Below are positions 26,380-37,105 of a stretch of 50,155 bases of DNA, one piece after another (position 1 is the stretch's first letter; each line of letters begins with the position of its first letter). The notes beneath the pieces were generated by a model. The model searched no databases and was not told the origin of the DNA. It was given only the letters and a program-made list of their open reading frames with translations. Source of the DNA: a virus (Duplodnaviria > Heunggongvirae > Uroviricota > Caudoviricetes); IMG/VR virus record IMGVR_UViG_2870479586_000004; one strand, given 5' to 3'. A program made the position numbers and the translations under genes.

Positions 26380-26500
26380 TTCAGGGGGTATTTTAAATAA
26401 AAACACTAAGTTACGACGAAGAAGAACGGAAACGCCTTAAACCGGAAAATTTTCATAAATAGCGAAAACCCGCGAGGTCGCCGCCCCGTAGCCTGCCGGA
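26380..26500. other. cos site; cosN cohesive-end sequence at 26475-26486 with cosB/R-site region toward Nu1
   Basis: Plus strand 26405-26486 is the reverse complement of the recalled lambda left end (GGGCGGCGACCTCGCGGGTTTTCGCTATTTATGAAAATTTTCCGGTTTAAGGCGTTTCCGTTCTTCTTCGTC...). Confidence 0.85.
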
Positions 26501-26685
26501 TCGCCGGAAAGGACCCGCAAAATGATAATAATTATCATCTGCATGTCACAACGTGCATCTACGCAATCAAACCACGTCAAATAATCAATTATGACGCAGA
26601 TATCGTATTAATTGATCTGCATCAACTTAACGTAAAAACAACTTCAGACAATACAAATCAGCGACACTGAATACGGGACAACCTC

Positions 26686-26919
26686 ATGTCAACGAAGAAC
26701 AGAACCCGCAGAACAACAACCCGCAACATCCGCTTTCCTAACCAAATGATTGAACAAATTAACATCGCTCTTGAGCAAAAAGGGTCCGGGAATTTCTCAG
26801 CCTGGGTCATTGAAGCCTGCCGCCGGAGACTGTGCTCAGAAAAAAGAGTTTCTTCTGAAGCAAACAAAGAAAAGAGTGACATTACTGAATTGCTCAGAAA
26901 ACAGGTCAGACCAGATTGA
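26686..26919 (+). CDS. ynfO: small prophage protein, YnfO-like, possible ribbon-helix-helix DNA-binding fold, 77 aa
   Basis: ORF just beyond cos; basic N-terminus then RNIRFPNQMIEQINIALEQKGSGNFSAWVIEACRRRL; name from recalled Qin gene order. Confidence 0.5.
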   Translation: MSTKNRTRRTTTRNIRFPNQMIEQINIALEQKGSGNFSAWVIEACRRRLCSEKRVSSEANKEKSDITELLRKQVRPD

Positions 26920-26961
26920 AGCAATTTAGATAATCGTGCAGACTACGCCCCCTCATATCAC

Positions 26962-27387
26962 ATGGAAGGTTTATCTATGGATCAGGTAGTCATTTTTAAA
27001 CAAATATTTGATAAAGTTCGAAACGATTTAAACTATCAATGGTTTTATTCTGAGCTAAAACGTCACAATGTCTCACATTACATTTACTATTTAGCCACAG
27101 AGAATGTTCATATTGTATTAAAAAATGATAATACAGTGTTATTAAAGGGCCTAAAAAACATTGTGTCTGTCAAATTTTCAAAGGATAGGCATCTTATAGA
27201 AACGACCTCTAATAAGCTGAAATCCAGAGAGATCACATTTCAGGAATACAGAAGAAACCTTGCTAAAGCAGGAGTTTTTCGGTGGGTTACAAATATCCAC
27301 GAACAAAAAAGATATTACTATACCTTTGATAATTCATTACTATTTACTGAAAGCATCCAGAAAACTACACAGATCTTACCACGCTAA
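26962..27387 (+). CDS. ydfO: DUF1398-family prophage protein (YdfO/YbcV-like), 141 aa
   Basis: Recalled similarity to the YbcV/YdfO family; position between ynfO-like gene and gnsB as in Qin. Confidence 0.6.
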
Positions 27388-27538
27388 ACCATAACGTCCG
27401 GCTTCTCTCACTCCTGAGCCGGACTGCATTGGTTTAATAAAAACCATCAACAATTGTGATTTAGATATTCGGAACCATTCAAATATAACAAAACCCCGTA
27501 AAAACGAGGTTTATGGATAAATTTTATTATTGAATACA

Positions 27539-27715
27539 TCAGATTAAATTAATCTTGACATCATAGCTTTCAAGACCCGTCATTTTTTCCCGTGCGGTAA
27601 ACTGAATACTGGTAACTTCTTTCCCGGTCTTTTTCTTAAGTTCAATAATTTTTTTTGTTATATATTCAGAAATATCTGCTTCTGCTTTTGTTTTTAAGTT
27701 TTCAATATTCATCAT
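27539..27715 (-). CDS. gnsB: GnsA/GnsB-family small protein, 58 aa
   Basis: MMNIENLKTKAEADISEYITKKIIELKKKTGKEVTSIQFTAREKMTGLESYDVKINLI translated from the minus strand; closely resembles recalled GnsA/GnsB; below the ORF-track size cutoff. Confidence 0.75.
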   Translation of the reverse strand: MMNIENLKTKAEADISEYITKKIIELKKKTGKEVTSIQFTAREKMTGLESYDVKINLI

Positions 27716-27883
27716 TTCCTCTTTTAGTCTGTTATGACTTTCCAGTTACACAGTAAGTCGATTATATGGTGCAAACGTGTAAAAGATAAGATGAAACATC
27801 GCAATAATCAACATACGATAGTCTAAATTTTACACAAACAGACAAAGAAGATTTTCCTGAATTATCAATACAATAGCATCAAA

Positions 27884-28114
27884 TCAACTCAAGAGCCTTA
27901 TTGCTGCTTCCAGAATTTCTTCTGAAGTAACATGTCGATCCGCGGCTACATAAATGACTTTATGATCTCCGGTCAGAGATGGAAACCCTGCGGCCATTAC
28001 AGTAAGGTGTGTTTTTTCGCCATTTGGATATTCACGCATGATGGTGTTAACTCCAGTCATCGCTGGCACTACCACTGCAGGTTCAGAGTTAAAAAAAACT
28101 ATGATTTTTTTCAT
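27884..28114 (-). CDS. hypothetical protein, about 76 aa from internal ATG (ORF-track version starts at 28156)
   Basis: ORF MKKIIVFFNSEPAVVVPAMTGVNTIMREYPNGEKTHL... between gnsB and cspI; no family recognised. Confidence 0.4.
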   Translation of the reverse strand: MKKIIVFFNSEPAVVVPAMTGVNTIMREYPNGEKTHLTVMAAGFPSLTGDHKVIYVAADRHVTSEEILEAAIRLLS

Positions 28115-28385
28115 GATGTTACCGTAGTATGTGAGTATCCATCGAATAGATACCAAGCAAAAAAGCTCCCGAAGGAGCCTTCATTTTCACTTTTTTAAAT
28201 CCAACGACAGACGGCTGGCATTTAAGTATTGTGAAATATTATCAAATGTAATCATCATTGATTTACAAAAGATACATTTTGCCCCGAAAGGATTCATGTC
28301 AGAAACATCAAAAGATGATGTTCTATACTGGGAACCATGACAACACGGGCATCTAAAGTGAATATGGTTTGTAATATTGTCTACC

Positions 28386-28598
28386 TCAAAGCGCCACTAC
28401 ATGAACAGCGGCAGGACCTTTAGGTCCGTTCTCAATACCAAATTCAACTTCCTGATTCTCAGTTAATGTTTTGAAATCGTTGCTCTGAATTGCTGAGAAA
28501 TGGACAAACACATCTTTGCTGCCATCTTTCGGCGTGATGAAACCAAAACCTTTTTCAGGGTTAAACCATTTCACTAAACCAGTCATTTTGTTAGACAT
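28386..28598 (-). CDS. cspI: cold-shock protein CspA-family, 70 aa
   Basis: [70 protein letters not shown]; RNP1/RNP2 motifs. Confidence 0.9.
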   Translation of the reverse strand: MSNKMTGLVKWFNPEKGFGFITPKDGSKDVFVHFSAIQSNDFKTLTENQEVEFGIENGPKGPAAVHVVAL

Positions 28599-28961
28599 AA
28601 TTATTACCTTTTGAAGAAATTAGCCCTTGGGCAGAATGGTCCGAAAAAAAATATCAGAGAGAAAAACCAACAAGGAAATCTCAAGAGGTACAAATAATAA
28701 AATTATAACAATGACTGCTTCAGATAAATTTGTAACAAACCAGAACACCATTAACGCATGATTAACCACCCATAGCAAGGATTACTTTTGTAAAGAAAAA
28801 CACAGCAATGAAAGAATAGCTTTATTTATTAATAATAACGTGTCATTCTGATTAAGACCTTTTATCTTACCCTTAAGATTTCAGGAATTTTGGCTCATGG
28901 AAGAGTCCTTTTTATTTAAATTTTACATTCCGCGATGTAAATGTTCCGATTTAATATTACC

Positions 28962-29985
<1,024 letters not shown>

Positions 29986-29989
<4 letters not shown>

Positions 29990-30297
29990 ATATATTTATG
30001 ATGAGGACGCTCGTGCTTATTGGCAGGATTTTCAATCTTAAAGGAGTACTGATGCTGCAGATAAGACTCAACTTTTTCTGACAATTTTTCTGCTACTTCC
30101 AGGAAGACTTGCCGGACGCTCCTTCTGGCTGCTGCCTCATAAAACTCCAGCGCAGCTCCTTCAACACGGTCCATGGCGACATCCAGGTCAAAAATTTCAC
30201 CGTCAAAGCGTTCTTTGTCCTGTAAGGCTACAGTTACCGTAACTTTATTCTCAAAATTACGGACTCCTTTCACAACCAGTTCATAGTCTTGAGTCAT
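29986..30297 (-). CDS. ydfR: DUF1327-family prophage protein (YdfR-like), 103 aa
   Basis: Recalled similarity to Qin YdfR; sits between holin and endolysin. Confidence 0.6.
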
Positions 30298-30301
30298 TGG
30301 A

Positions 30302-30517
30302 TTACTCTCCTCTCGCAGCCTTACGCCTGTCTTCTTTAATCTTGAAATAAAGATTTGTCAGATACGTCAGCAGGCCAAAAACCAGGCTACCCAGCACACC
30401 GATTGCAGCCCACTGTGACGGAGTTACTTTATCGAGTAACTGCAATGCCCAGAAACCAGCATTACCCGCCGATGTGCCATAGGCAACACCTGTTGTTAAC
30501 TTATCCATTGATTTCAT
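30302..30517 (-). CDS. essQ: class II holin (phage 21 S-like pinholin) with dual-start motif MKSM
   Basis: [71 protein letters not shown] closely resembles recalled S21; ORF-track N-terminal extension probably not translated. Confidence 0.85.
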   Translation of the reverse strand: MKSMDKLTTGVAYGTSAGNAGFWALQLLDKVTPSQWAAIGVLGSLVFGLLTYLTNLYFKIKEDRRKAARGE

Positions 30518-30736
30518 ATCCTCACCCCGATGTACACGGATGGTGCAATATGTTTGAAAAGATCGGAGTCTACGGGGTAGTTTTGACAGCACACGTTGTT
30601 CTCAACGGCGCTAAAAAAACATACACATTAAAAATGTGGGTAATTATTTTGAAAGAAAGTCATATATAAAATAATAATACGAGAAATGTTTTCATATTTA
30701 GTGTACTGTATACGGCCATTTATACAGGAAAAGCCT

Positions 30737-30907
30737 ATGTCAGAACGTAAAAACTCAAAATCACGCCGTAATTATCTCGTTAAATGTTCCTGCCCAAACT
30801 GCACCCAAGAGTCAGAACACAGTTTTTCAAGAGTACAAAAAGGTGCCCTTTTGATCTGCCCTCATTGCAACAAAGTATTCCAGACAAATCTTAAAGCTGT
30901 AGCCTGA
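30737..30907 (+). CDS. small zinc-ribbon protein (two CxxC pairs), about 56 aa
   Basis: MSERKNSKSRRNYLVKCSCPNCTQESEHSFSRVQKGALLICPHCNKVFQTNLKAVA; ATG at 30737. Confidence 0.5.
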   Translation: MSERKNSKSRRNYLVKCSCPNCTQESEHSFSRVQKGALLICPHCNKVFQTNLKAVA

Positions 30908-30962
30908 TTGATTTTATTAGTAACAAGTATTTTTTATATTTTAATAATATATTTAAAGCAGA

Positions 30963-30988
30963 TAATAAAAAACCCGCCTGAGCGGGTT
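30963..30988 (-). terminator. intrinsic terminator on the minus strand
   Basis: Hairpin ACCCGC-CTGA-GCGGGT with a downstream T-run on the minus strand (plus-strand A-run 30964-30971). Confidence 0.55.
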
Positions 30989-31270
30989 TGAGATTGTGGT
31001 GCTTTTTGTGGGAGTCATCCACTTACGCACTTTGTTTTGCCATGCCAGCAGTTAGCTTCTGCTGTAAAACTATTCATGCAGCAAACCTGCACTTCACCAC
31101 AATGGTTAGCATACTTTTCCTGATTAAGATTTTGCCAAATATGCTAGCCATTGTTTCATGTATTGGACCTCCTTACTTTTTATTAAAGAGATCCAATATT
31201 CACTACTCTGTCCGTATCTCTACTCAGGCATCAGCCTTCTTCGTTATCGTATACAGACGAGCGATGAATT

Positions 31271-31486
31271 TTAATCAGTAATGATGACATTTGCTGCTGC
31301 AGGACCTTTAGCACCACTCTCTATAGAGAAGGTAACCTTTTGACCTTCAAATAAGGTTCGATAATTATCATTCTGAATCGCAGAAAAATGCACAAACACA
31401 TCTTTACTACCATCAACAGGAGAAATAAAGCCGAAACCTTTATCAGCGTTAAACCATTTTACTAAACCAGTCATTTTATTTGACAT
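31271..31486 (-). CDS. cspB: cold-shock protein CspA-family, 71 aa
   Basis: [71 protein letters not shown]. Confidence 0.9.
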   Translation of the reverse strand: MSNKMTGLVKWFNADKGFGFISPVDGSKDVFVHFSAIQNDNYRTLFEGQKVTFSIESGAKGPAAANVIITD

Positions 31487-31786
31487 TCTACATTCCTTAA
31501 CTTGAGCCTTTCGGCATAAATGGTTTGCATAACAGAAACGACTTCGTACTTAATTGGAGAGACTCAAAGAAGGAATAAGTGAATAACACCTGAAATGAGA
31601 ACTGCTTTAGTAAACTACTTCGTATATCGTCTGTTCTTCAAACCGACGCAATCATTAACGCATAGTTGAACATATGAAGCAATGTTTATTTTAGACATCC
31701 AGCCATCTTCAACCCCATCAAAAAACTATAGCTTTCTTCAGGAACGTGTGTATAGTGCGCCAAGTTATCAGTATTAAGGAATTTTT

Positions 31787-31999
31787 TTGTCCCGTAAAAT
31801 GACAGGAATTGTCAAAACCTTTGACGGCAAAAGCGGCAAGGGTCTTATCACCCCATCCGATGGTCGTATCGATGTCCAGCTTCATGTCTCAGCGCTCAAT
31901 CTCCGCGATGCAGAAGAAATTACCACCGGATTACGCGTGGAATTTTGCCGGATAAATGGTCTGCGTGGCCCTTCAGCTGCCAATGTTTACCTTTCATGA
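31787..31999 (+). CDS. cspF: cold-shock protein CspA-family paralog (CspF/CspH-like), 70 aa
   Basis: [70 protein letters not shown]; divergent from cspB. Confidence 0.85.
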
Positions 32000-32284
32000 G
32001 CTATATTAAAGCTTTAATTTCAGGCCCCATCGGATCACACATGGAGAGTTTTTATGAATAACCCCGTCTGTCTTGATGACTGGTTGATTGGCTTTAAAAG
32101 CTTATGCTGTACTTTGGCCGTAATAGCTCTGCTAATAATATAATAAGCAGACTCATTGTGTTTAGGGACATTGTACTGGAAGAAAACATTTTAAACATCA
32201 GGCAAATAACCAAGTCACCAGCTAAATAATAAGTTAACAGACATGAGTCCCGGGATGAGATTCAACATTACCATTGCCCCATTT

Positions 32285-32320
32285 AAAGCACAAAACCCGC
32301 TCATCAGCGGGTTTTCTACT
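32285..32320 (-). terminator. tR'-like intrinsic terminator downstream of the late promoter
   Basis: Hairpin AACCCGC-TGATGA-GCGGGTT flanked by T-runs on both strands. Confidence 0.5.
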
Positions 32321-32360
32321 TTTTCTTAACGTCGGGTATACAAAGCCCATCGTTGAAAAA

Positions 32361-32389
32361 ATTTTATCCATATTTTTTGAAAAATGCAA
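32361..32389 (-). promoter_or_regulatory. candidate late promoter P_R' (and likely qut region) just downstream of Q
   Basis: Minus strand TTGCAT-N17-TAAAAT immediately after the Q stop codon. Confidence 0.45.
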
Positions 32390-32420
32390 ACATCATGTCG
32401 CCATCTTCAGCAAAAATCAT

Positions 32421-33173
32421 TTATCTCGTCACCTTCCTCAATTGCGCTTCCGCGTATGCTTCTTCCTGCCAGCACTTTGTTACCAGTTTACCAATGACGT
32501 CCGCATACCCCTTATACCACTGATAATCGGTCAGGTCTGGTACCAGCTTCTGGACATGACGTCGTGCCAGCGTGGTCGGTAAACGACTAAACCGGTTTCC
32601 ATTACAACGCCCACAAATCTTATATACCGGTACGCCATGAAACCGGGTTCTTTTTTCATCCAGAACAATCCCTTTACCCTTACACCCTCTGCACGCTGTG
32701 CTGGCTTCGCCCTTACCATGGCAATGCTGACATAGTTCCTTCACCCATTCTTCCTTGATTACAGATTCCCCGCGTCTGTAGTGTTTCACCACTTCGCGCA
32801 ATACATTATAAAATCCCGTACCTGAACAATGCTCACAGCGAGCCTTACTTGCCGCAGACCTGGAGTAATCAGCAAAGGCAAAACTCACGAGGTAAGGAAT
32901 AATCTGTAACCGGATTTCTTCACTCAATTTGTTCAATGTCGGGTTATCCAGTGCCATCGCGTAATTTAGCAGGCCTTCAATCGCAAACTGAGGGTCCTGA
33001 ACACCAACTTTTGCCAGAAATAAGGCCAACCCAAGTGGTGCTTTCGACTGCACCATCCCCTGCGCTGCCATTACATCCGTAATTGTTAAACAACCGGTGC
33101 CTGTCGCTGGAGCGTCATCGCTCAATTTTGGAGATTTTGGGGAGTAATATTTTGGTAAGGCTTCAAGGTTCAT
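32421..33173 (-). CDS. quuQ: late-gene antiterminator Q (phage 82/21-type), 250 aa
   Basis: Start at internal ATG 33173 (MNLEALPKYYSPKSPKLSDDAP...); Cys-rich zinc-binding segment; located upstream of the late promoter and lysis cassette. Confidence 0.8.
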   Translation of the reverse strand: MNLEALPKYYSPKSPKLSDDAPATGTGCLTITDVMAAQGMVQSKAPLGLALFLAKVGVQDPQFAIEGLLNYAMALDNPTLNKLSEEIRLQIIPYLVSFAFADYSRSAASKARCEHCSGTGFYNVLREVVKHYRRGESVIKEEWVKELCQHCHGKGEASTACRGCKGKGIVLDEKRTRFHGVPVYKICGRCNGNRFSRLPTTLARRHVQKLVPDLTDYQWYKGYADVIGKLVTKCWQEEAYAEAQLRKVTR

Positions 33174-33186
33174 GCTCGTTCTCCAC

Positions 33187-34275
33187 TTACGCCAGTACGC
33201 CAATTGCCAGCGCGCGATCGATAAAACGAAATATCAGCTCCAGTTGGGAGCCATACTTATCTTCAAATGCCACTGTATCCGTATGCAGCTCGTTGTGATG
33301 CTTTCTGCACAAAGGCAACACAAAGAGATCATGTGCTTTTGTTCCCATTCCGCCCTGCCCGTGACCAATCAGATGATGCGGATCGTCGGCTGGCATACCG
33401 CAGCAAGCACACGGCTGTGTCTTAACCCAACGTGTGTATTTCTCCTTAACCCAGCGGCGACGTTTAGGCAGCTTCATGAAAGATTCCGGAGACTCTGGAT
33501 CAACGGTGATGCTTACCACCGTCTTTTCCTGTGGTGATTTTTGTTGCTGGTGGGCGTAAGGCAACGGTGCAAGATTTTTTGTGCGTTGTTTCAATATGCT
33601 GGTGGCGGTCTGCTCTCCCGGTACGATGTCGCTTTCGCGGTACACCGAGCAGATTTTTTCCGCTGGTAATCCCAGCGAACGACGCGATACAGCCTCAGGT
33701 AGTGCATCCACCACCTGATTGCAGACCGCCCACCAGGATAATTCAGCCAAAGATAATTCCCGCTCCTGCGTACCGCTTATTGCGTGACGGATGACGTCAA
33801 TCACCCATGCTGTCAGATTTTGTTGAGCAAGCAGCTCCAGTGATTCCGATGTCTGGTCACGCAGTTGGTTGTCGCAGTGCCAGCACAACACCATTGCGCC
33901 GGTACCATAACGGTGAATGACTGTTTCAGTGTGATGGTAATCGCCATTAGGCCACTGGCAGGATGTAACATGACGTAATAGCCAGTCGGACAATGCGCCA
34001 ACGCCGCCAGCAGCACGAATCACCCGTTCGTTACTAAAAAACGGCAGCAATGTTTTGTCTTCCGCCAGCGGCTGGCGAACGGCAGGAACGACTCCGGATG
34101 GCAGATTACGCATGCTTTTTGGTTCCGGTTCCACCAGCACTCGAGGATTATGAAATATCTGTATGGATTCACGGCCCGGCTTAAGGACCACCAGCCCAAG
34201 CTCAGGCACCAGAACAGGTCTAAGTAATACCCGCACGTTACCTCCAGATCCGTTGCTGGAAAGTGCGGGACGCAC
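33187..34275 (-). CDS. ydfU: DUF968-family prophage protein (YdfU-like) with C-terminal Cys/His-rich HNH-like motif; true start probably internal
   Basis: Recalled similarity to Qin YdfU; C-terminal CACCGMPADDPHHLIGHGQGG...CRKHHNELH. Confidence 0.7.
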   Translation of the reverse strand: MRPALSSNGSGGNVRVLLRPVLVPELGLVVLKPGRESIQIFHNPRVLVEPEPKSMRNLPSGVVPAVRQPLAEDKTLLPFFSNERVIRAAGGVGALSDWLLRHVTSCQWPNGDYHHTETVIHRYGTGAMVLCWHCDNQLRDQTSESLELLAQQNLTAWVIDVIRHAISGTQERELSLAELSWWAVCNQVVDALPEAVSRRSLGLPAEKICSVYRESDIVPGEQTATSILKQRTKNLAPLPYAHQQQKSPQEKTVVSITVDPESPESFMKLPKRRRWVKEKYTRWVKTQPCACCGMPADDPHHLIGHGQGGMGTKAHDLFVLPLCRKHHNELHTDTVAFEDKYGSQLELIFRFIDRALAIGVLA

Positions 34276-34516
34276 GTGGTGGGCGTTCGGAATAAGGCAG
34301 CCTGACAGAGATTATCCAGTGCCGATAGTCGAGACTGAGAGCTTTCTTAACCTCGAACCCGCGCCTGCGGTAAGAATGAATCAGCCATTCGGCCTGTTCT
34401 GCAGTGCATGGAGGGTGCTGGAACCATTCAGACTTGAATGCGTGAGAATACCGCCCGTGCGTGCAGGCAAGAACGGGCGAATTATCAGAATTGTAATATT
34501 TTGCGTTGCGTGCCAT
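34238..34516 (-). CDS. hypothetical protein, 92 aa
   Basis: ORF between rem and ydfU; no family recognised. Confidence 0.35.
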   Translation of the reverse strand: MARNAKYYNSDNSPVLACTHGRYSHAFKSEWFQHPPCTAEQAEWLIHSYRRRGFEVKKALSLDYRHWIISVRLPYSERPPRASRTFQQRIWR

Positions 34517-34582
34517 CGGTTTTCTCCGGTGGCACGGTGTTACTCAGCGGGAGTTCAGCCCCGCGCAAGATTGTAGATGAGT

Positions 34583-34834
34583 TTATTCTCCTGAAAAAGC
34601 AGAAAAGCCAGCTTTTATTCCGATCTCTTTCAATGCCTGTAATGAAGTGACAAACTCACCTTCGCGCAAGATAAATCCGTCCGTGACCCGAGCATCCACA
34701 AAATTAATTAACGCAGCCCCATTCTTTCGCAAACACATAATGCGGTAATGACTAACAAGATTTCCATTTTCAACGCACACAGCATAGAGGCCATCTTCAC
34801 AAAAAATTTTACGCAGTTCTTCGATGTTCATCAT
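34583..34834 (-). CDS. rem: Rem-like small prophage protein, 83 aa
   Basis: MMNIEELRKIFCEDGLYAVCVENGNLVSHYRIMCLRKNGAALINFVDARV...; name from recalled Qin gene rem downstream of hokD. Confidence 0.65.
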   Translation of the reverse strand: MMNIEELRKIFCEDGLYAVCVENGNLVSHYRIMCLRKNGAALINFVDARVTDGFILREGEFVTSLQALKEIGIKAGFSAFSGE

Positions 34835-34950
34835 CAGAATCCTTCCGGATAATTAGCTCTCCCCTTTAAGGGACCATCCCTCTTATCCCTGCGCGCTACT
34901 TAAGTATTTTTGATTCTATTCCGGCACCGTCCAGAACTTCAAACGCGTTG

Positions 34951-34982
34951 AAAATAAAAACAAAAACCCGCCGAAGCGGGTT
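34951..34982 (-). terminator. intrinsic terminator downstream of hokD
   Basis: Minus-strand hairpin AACCCGC-TTCG-GCGGGTT followed by TTTTTGTTTTTATTTT. Confidence 0.7.
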
Positions 34983-35050
34983 AAGTGCGGGTGCGTTGAG
35001 GATGCCTGCCACATCAGAGGTGGCGAGGGATTTCTCCCCCGCCGGGTCTC

Positions 35051-35206
35051 TTACTCCTCAGGTTCGTAAGCTGTGAAGACAGCGACCTCCGTCTGGCCGG
35101 TTCGGATTCGTACCTCGCAGAGGTCTTTCCTCGTTACCAGTGCCGTCACTATGACGGTTAAACAGATGACGATCAGGGCGATTAACATCGCCTTTTGCTG
35201 CTTCAT
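35051..35206 (-). CDS. hokD: Hok-family type I toxin (host-killing small membrane protein), 51 aa
   Basis: Minus-strand translation MKQQKAMLIALIVICLTVIVTALVTRKDLCEVRIRTGQTEVAVFTAYEPEE matches recalled HokD/RelF; below the ORF-track size cutoff. Confidence 0.9.
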   Translation of the reverse strand: MKQQKAMLIALIVICLTVIVTALVTRKDLCEVRIRTGQTEVAVFTAYEPEE

Positions 35207-35277
35207 AGCCTGCTTCTCCTGTCAACGCAAAGCAGAAGTGTCACCTTCGGTGCGAAACAGAGATGTCATGCTTTGGT

Positions 35278-35565
35278 TCAGAGAATGCGTTTGACCGCCT
35301 CGCTATATACTTCCGAGCGTTCTCTTTTCCCAACAGAAATCACGAAAACGACAACTTTCTCGTCTATAACCTGGTATACAAGGCGATAGCCTGAAGACCG
35401 GAGCTTAATCTTGTAACAATCAGGCATACCACGGAGCTTGTTTGCTTCAATCCGGGGTGACTCAAGTACTTCAACCAGCTTCTTTTTCAACTGTTCACGT
35501 ACCGTCGAGCCCAGCTTTCGCCATTCCTTTAGTGCCCGCTCGTCAAAATCCAGAAAATACGCCAT
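35278..35565 (-). CDS. relE: RelE mRNA-interferase toxin, 95 aa
   Basis: MAYFLDFDERALKEWRKLGSTVREQLKKKLVEVLESPRIEANKLRGMPDCYKIKLRSSGYRLVYQVIDEKVVVFVISVGKRERSEVY... Confidence 0.95.
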   Translation of the reverse strand: MAYFLDFDERALKEWRKLGSTVREQLKKKLVEVLESPRIEANKLRGMPDCYKIKLRSSGYRLVYQVIDEKVVVFVISVGKRERSEVYSEAVKRIL

Positions 35566-35804
35566 CAGAGTTCATCCAGCGTCACACGTACTGGCTTAGG
35601 ATTACGAAGCCGTTCTTTCACTATCTCCACAAGTTCAGCATCTTCATCACTCAGGAGTGTCTGTTTGAACGGCAAGCGTTCATTGTCAGCGATATACTCG
35701 AGCATGAGACGAAGCGCTTCAGAAGGAGTTACACCCATTTTTTCAAGCGCGGCGTAAGAACGCGCTTTAAGTTCATCGTCAATACGCAGGTTAATGCTAC
35801 CCAT
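35565..35804 (-). CDS. relB: RelB antitoxin, 79 aa
   Basis: MGSINLRIDDELKARSYAALEKMGVTPSEALRLMLEYIADNERLPFKQTLLSDEDAELVEIVKERLRNPKPVRVTLDEL; start overlaps relE stop. Confidence 0.95.
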   Translation of the reverse strand: MGSINLRIDDELKARSYAALEKMGVTPSEALRLMLEYIADNERLPFKQTLLSDEDAELVEIVKERLRNPKPVRVTLDEL

Positions 35805-35828
35805 GTCTTACACCTCTTGTAATTACAA

Positions 35829-36134
35829 ATGTCATTACAAGTATCGCACTACAACATGCTTAGGGCAAGTCACGAAGGAAGTCAGAAAGTAGTCGTAAGA
35901 ACGGTGATCACTGTCCGCTTTGTGCCAGGAGCAGCCATTGCTAAGTCCATCCTGTATTGTGCAGGTCAGCTCGTTTTTAAAGAGTCCGGCCATCATCTTA
36001 CTGGTACAGACACCATATACTTTGTGACGGTCAGGCTACATATGCACAACTCAACTTATTCATCTATTTTTTGCTTTAGCATGTCAGTGTTGCTTTCTCG
36101 TCGGCGGGTGAGCGGTGACCTGACCTGTCGATAA
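35829..36134 (+). CDS. hypothetical ORF, 101 aa, possibly YdfV-like; weak support
   Basis: ORF divergent from relB; composition not strongly protein-like; kept only because a gene is recalled here in Qin. Confidence 0.25.
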   Translation: MSLQVSHYNMLRASHEGSQKVVVRTVITVRFVPGAAIAKSILYCAGQLVFKESGHHLTGTDTIYFVTVRLHMHNSTYSSIFCFSMSVLLSRRRVSGDLTCR

Positions 36135-36336
36135 AGGAACGTAGCACGTTTTATGCAACACCCGCATGCGGCAGAAAATTATTGCCGAACGTTTACCCCT
36201 GTCAACAAGCTTTACTTTCTGAGGCGCGCCAGCCCGCGAGGAAAACAATCTGAACATCAAACAATTAATGACACAAGAAATACGATTAAAGATTTTTTTG
36301 TGCATGCCGATAGTGCTTTTTTAAAAGGAGAAATCT

Positions 36337-36669
36337 ATGTCTGTCACAATTCAGGGAAATACCTCAACCGTTATTTCAAACAACTCCGCCCCGGAAGGAA
36401 CATCAGAAATAGCCAAAATCACAAGACAAATTCAGGTGCTGACTGAAAAGCTTGGGAAAATCTCATCGGAAGAGGGGATGACGACACAGCAGAAAAAAGA
36501 AATGGCTGCATTGGTACAGAAGCAAATTGAAAGCCTCAGGGCTCAACTGGAGCAGTTGTTAAGGCAGCAGGCAGAGAAAAAGAATAAAGACGCGACAGTT
36601 CAGCCTGATAAAAAAGAAGAGAAAAAAGACGATACAAATACCGCTGGCACCATTGATATTTACGTCTAA
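36337..36669 (+). CDS. flxA: FlxA-like protein, 110 aa
   Basis: MSVTIQGNTSTVISNNSAPEGTSEIAKITRQIQVLTEKLGKISSEEGMTTQQKKEMAALVQKQIESLRAQLEQLL...; AAGGAG RBS upstream. Confidence 0.85.
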   Translation: MSVTIQGNTSTVISNNSAPEGTSEIAKITRQIQVLTEKLGKISSEEGMTTQQKKEMAALVQKQIESLRAQLEQLLRQQAEKKNKDATVQPDKKEEKKDDTNTAGTIDIYV

Positions 36670-36683
36670 GTGACAGCCGTATT

Positions 36684-36708
36684 GTGGCCCTCATCGGGCC
36701 ACTTTTCG
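36684..36708 (+). terminator. intrinsic terminator after flxA
   Basis: Hairpin GTGGCCC-TCATC-GGGCCAC followed by TTTTCGCC. Confidence 0.65.
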
Positions 36709-37105
36709 CCATCAGCCTTTTCTTTAAAGACATATTATCTTTGTATCATTTCTGATAGTTAACATTACAAGATATAAGTAATGGACGCACTCCCAATTAG
36801 TCTATTTAAATCGCCACGAGTTTAACTGACAACCCATGATCAATTATGAATTGCAACTATTTCTGTAGTCACTTTTGTGGGGACAGTCCACAAAACTGCC
36901 AACTTCCGCTTCTTGCTCTTAGCGGACATTAGCATAGGCTATTTACCATAACGCCTCATTACGCGCACCGCCCAGACTGACTCAGCGCGTTTCTGGCATA
37001 TCCCCGGTAAAACAAGTAACAAACCACCCGAAAATGAACACCAGAAACGCGACTTAAGAATCTACCCTATGAATGGATATGCACTCAACCGAATCGATCT
37101 TGGTT

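Noticed and set aside
30988-31281. 97-aa plus-strand ORF between the zinc-ribbon gene and cspB
   Set aside because: No ribosome-binding site, hydrophobic low-complexity product, overlaps the cspB 3' region; the minus-strand micro-ORF and terminator explain the region better
32000-32420. tRNA genes downstream of Q, as in some lambdoid prophages
   Set aside because: No cloverleaf-compatible sequence or conserved T-loop motif; the interval is explained by the late promoter and terminator
35207-35280. Sok-like antisense RNA opposite the hokD leader
   Set aside because: The region is the 3' end of relE, and hokD here is co-transcribed with relBE (the relBEF arrangement); no independent promoter or terminator for an antisense RNA was seen
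36873-36895. Stem-loop TTTTGTGG-GGACAGT-CCACAAAA and repeated GGGGACA motifs as possible IS inverted repeats
   Set aside because: The motifs on the two sides of the transposase genes are in direct, not inverted, orientation, and no matching terminal repeat pair was found
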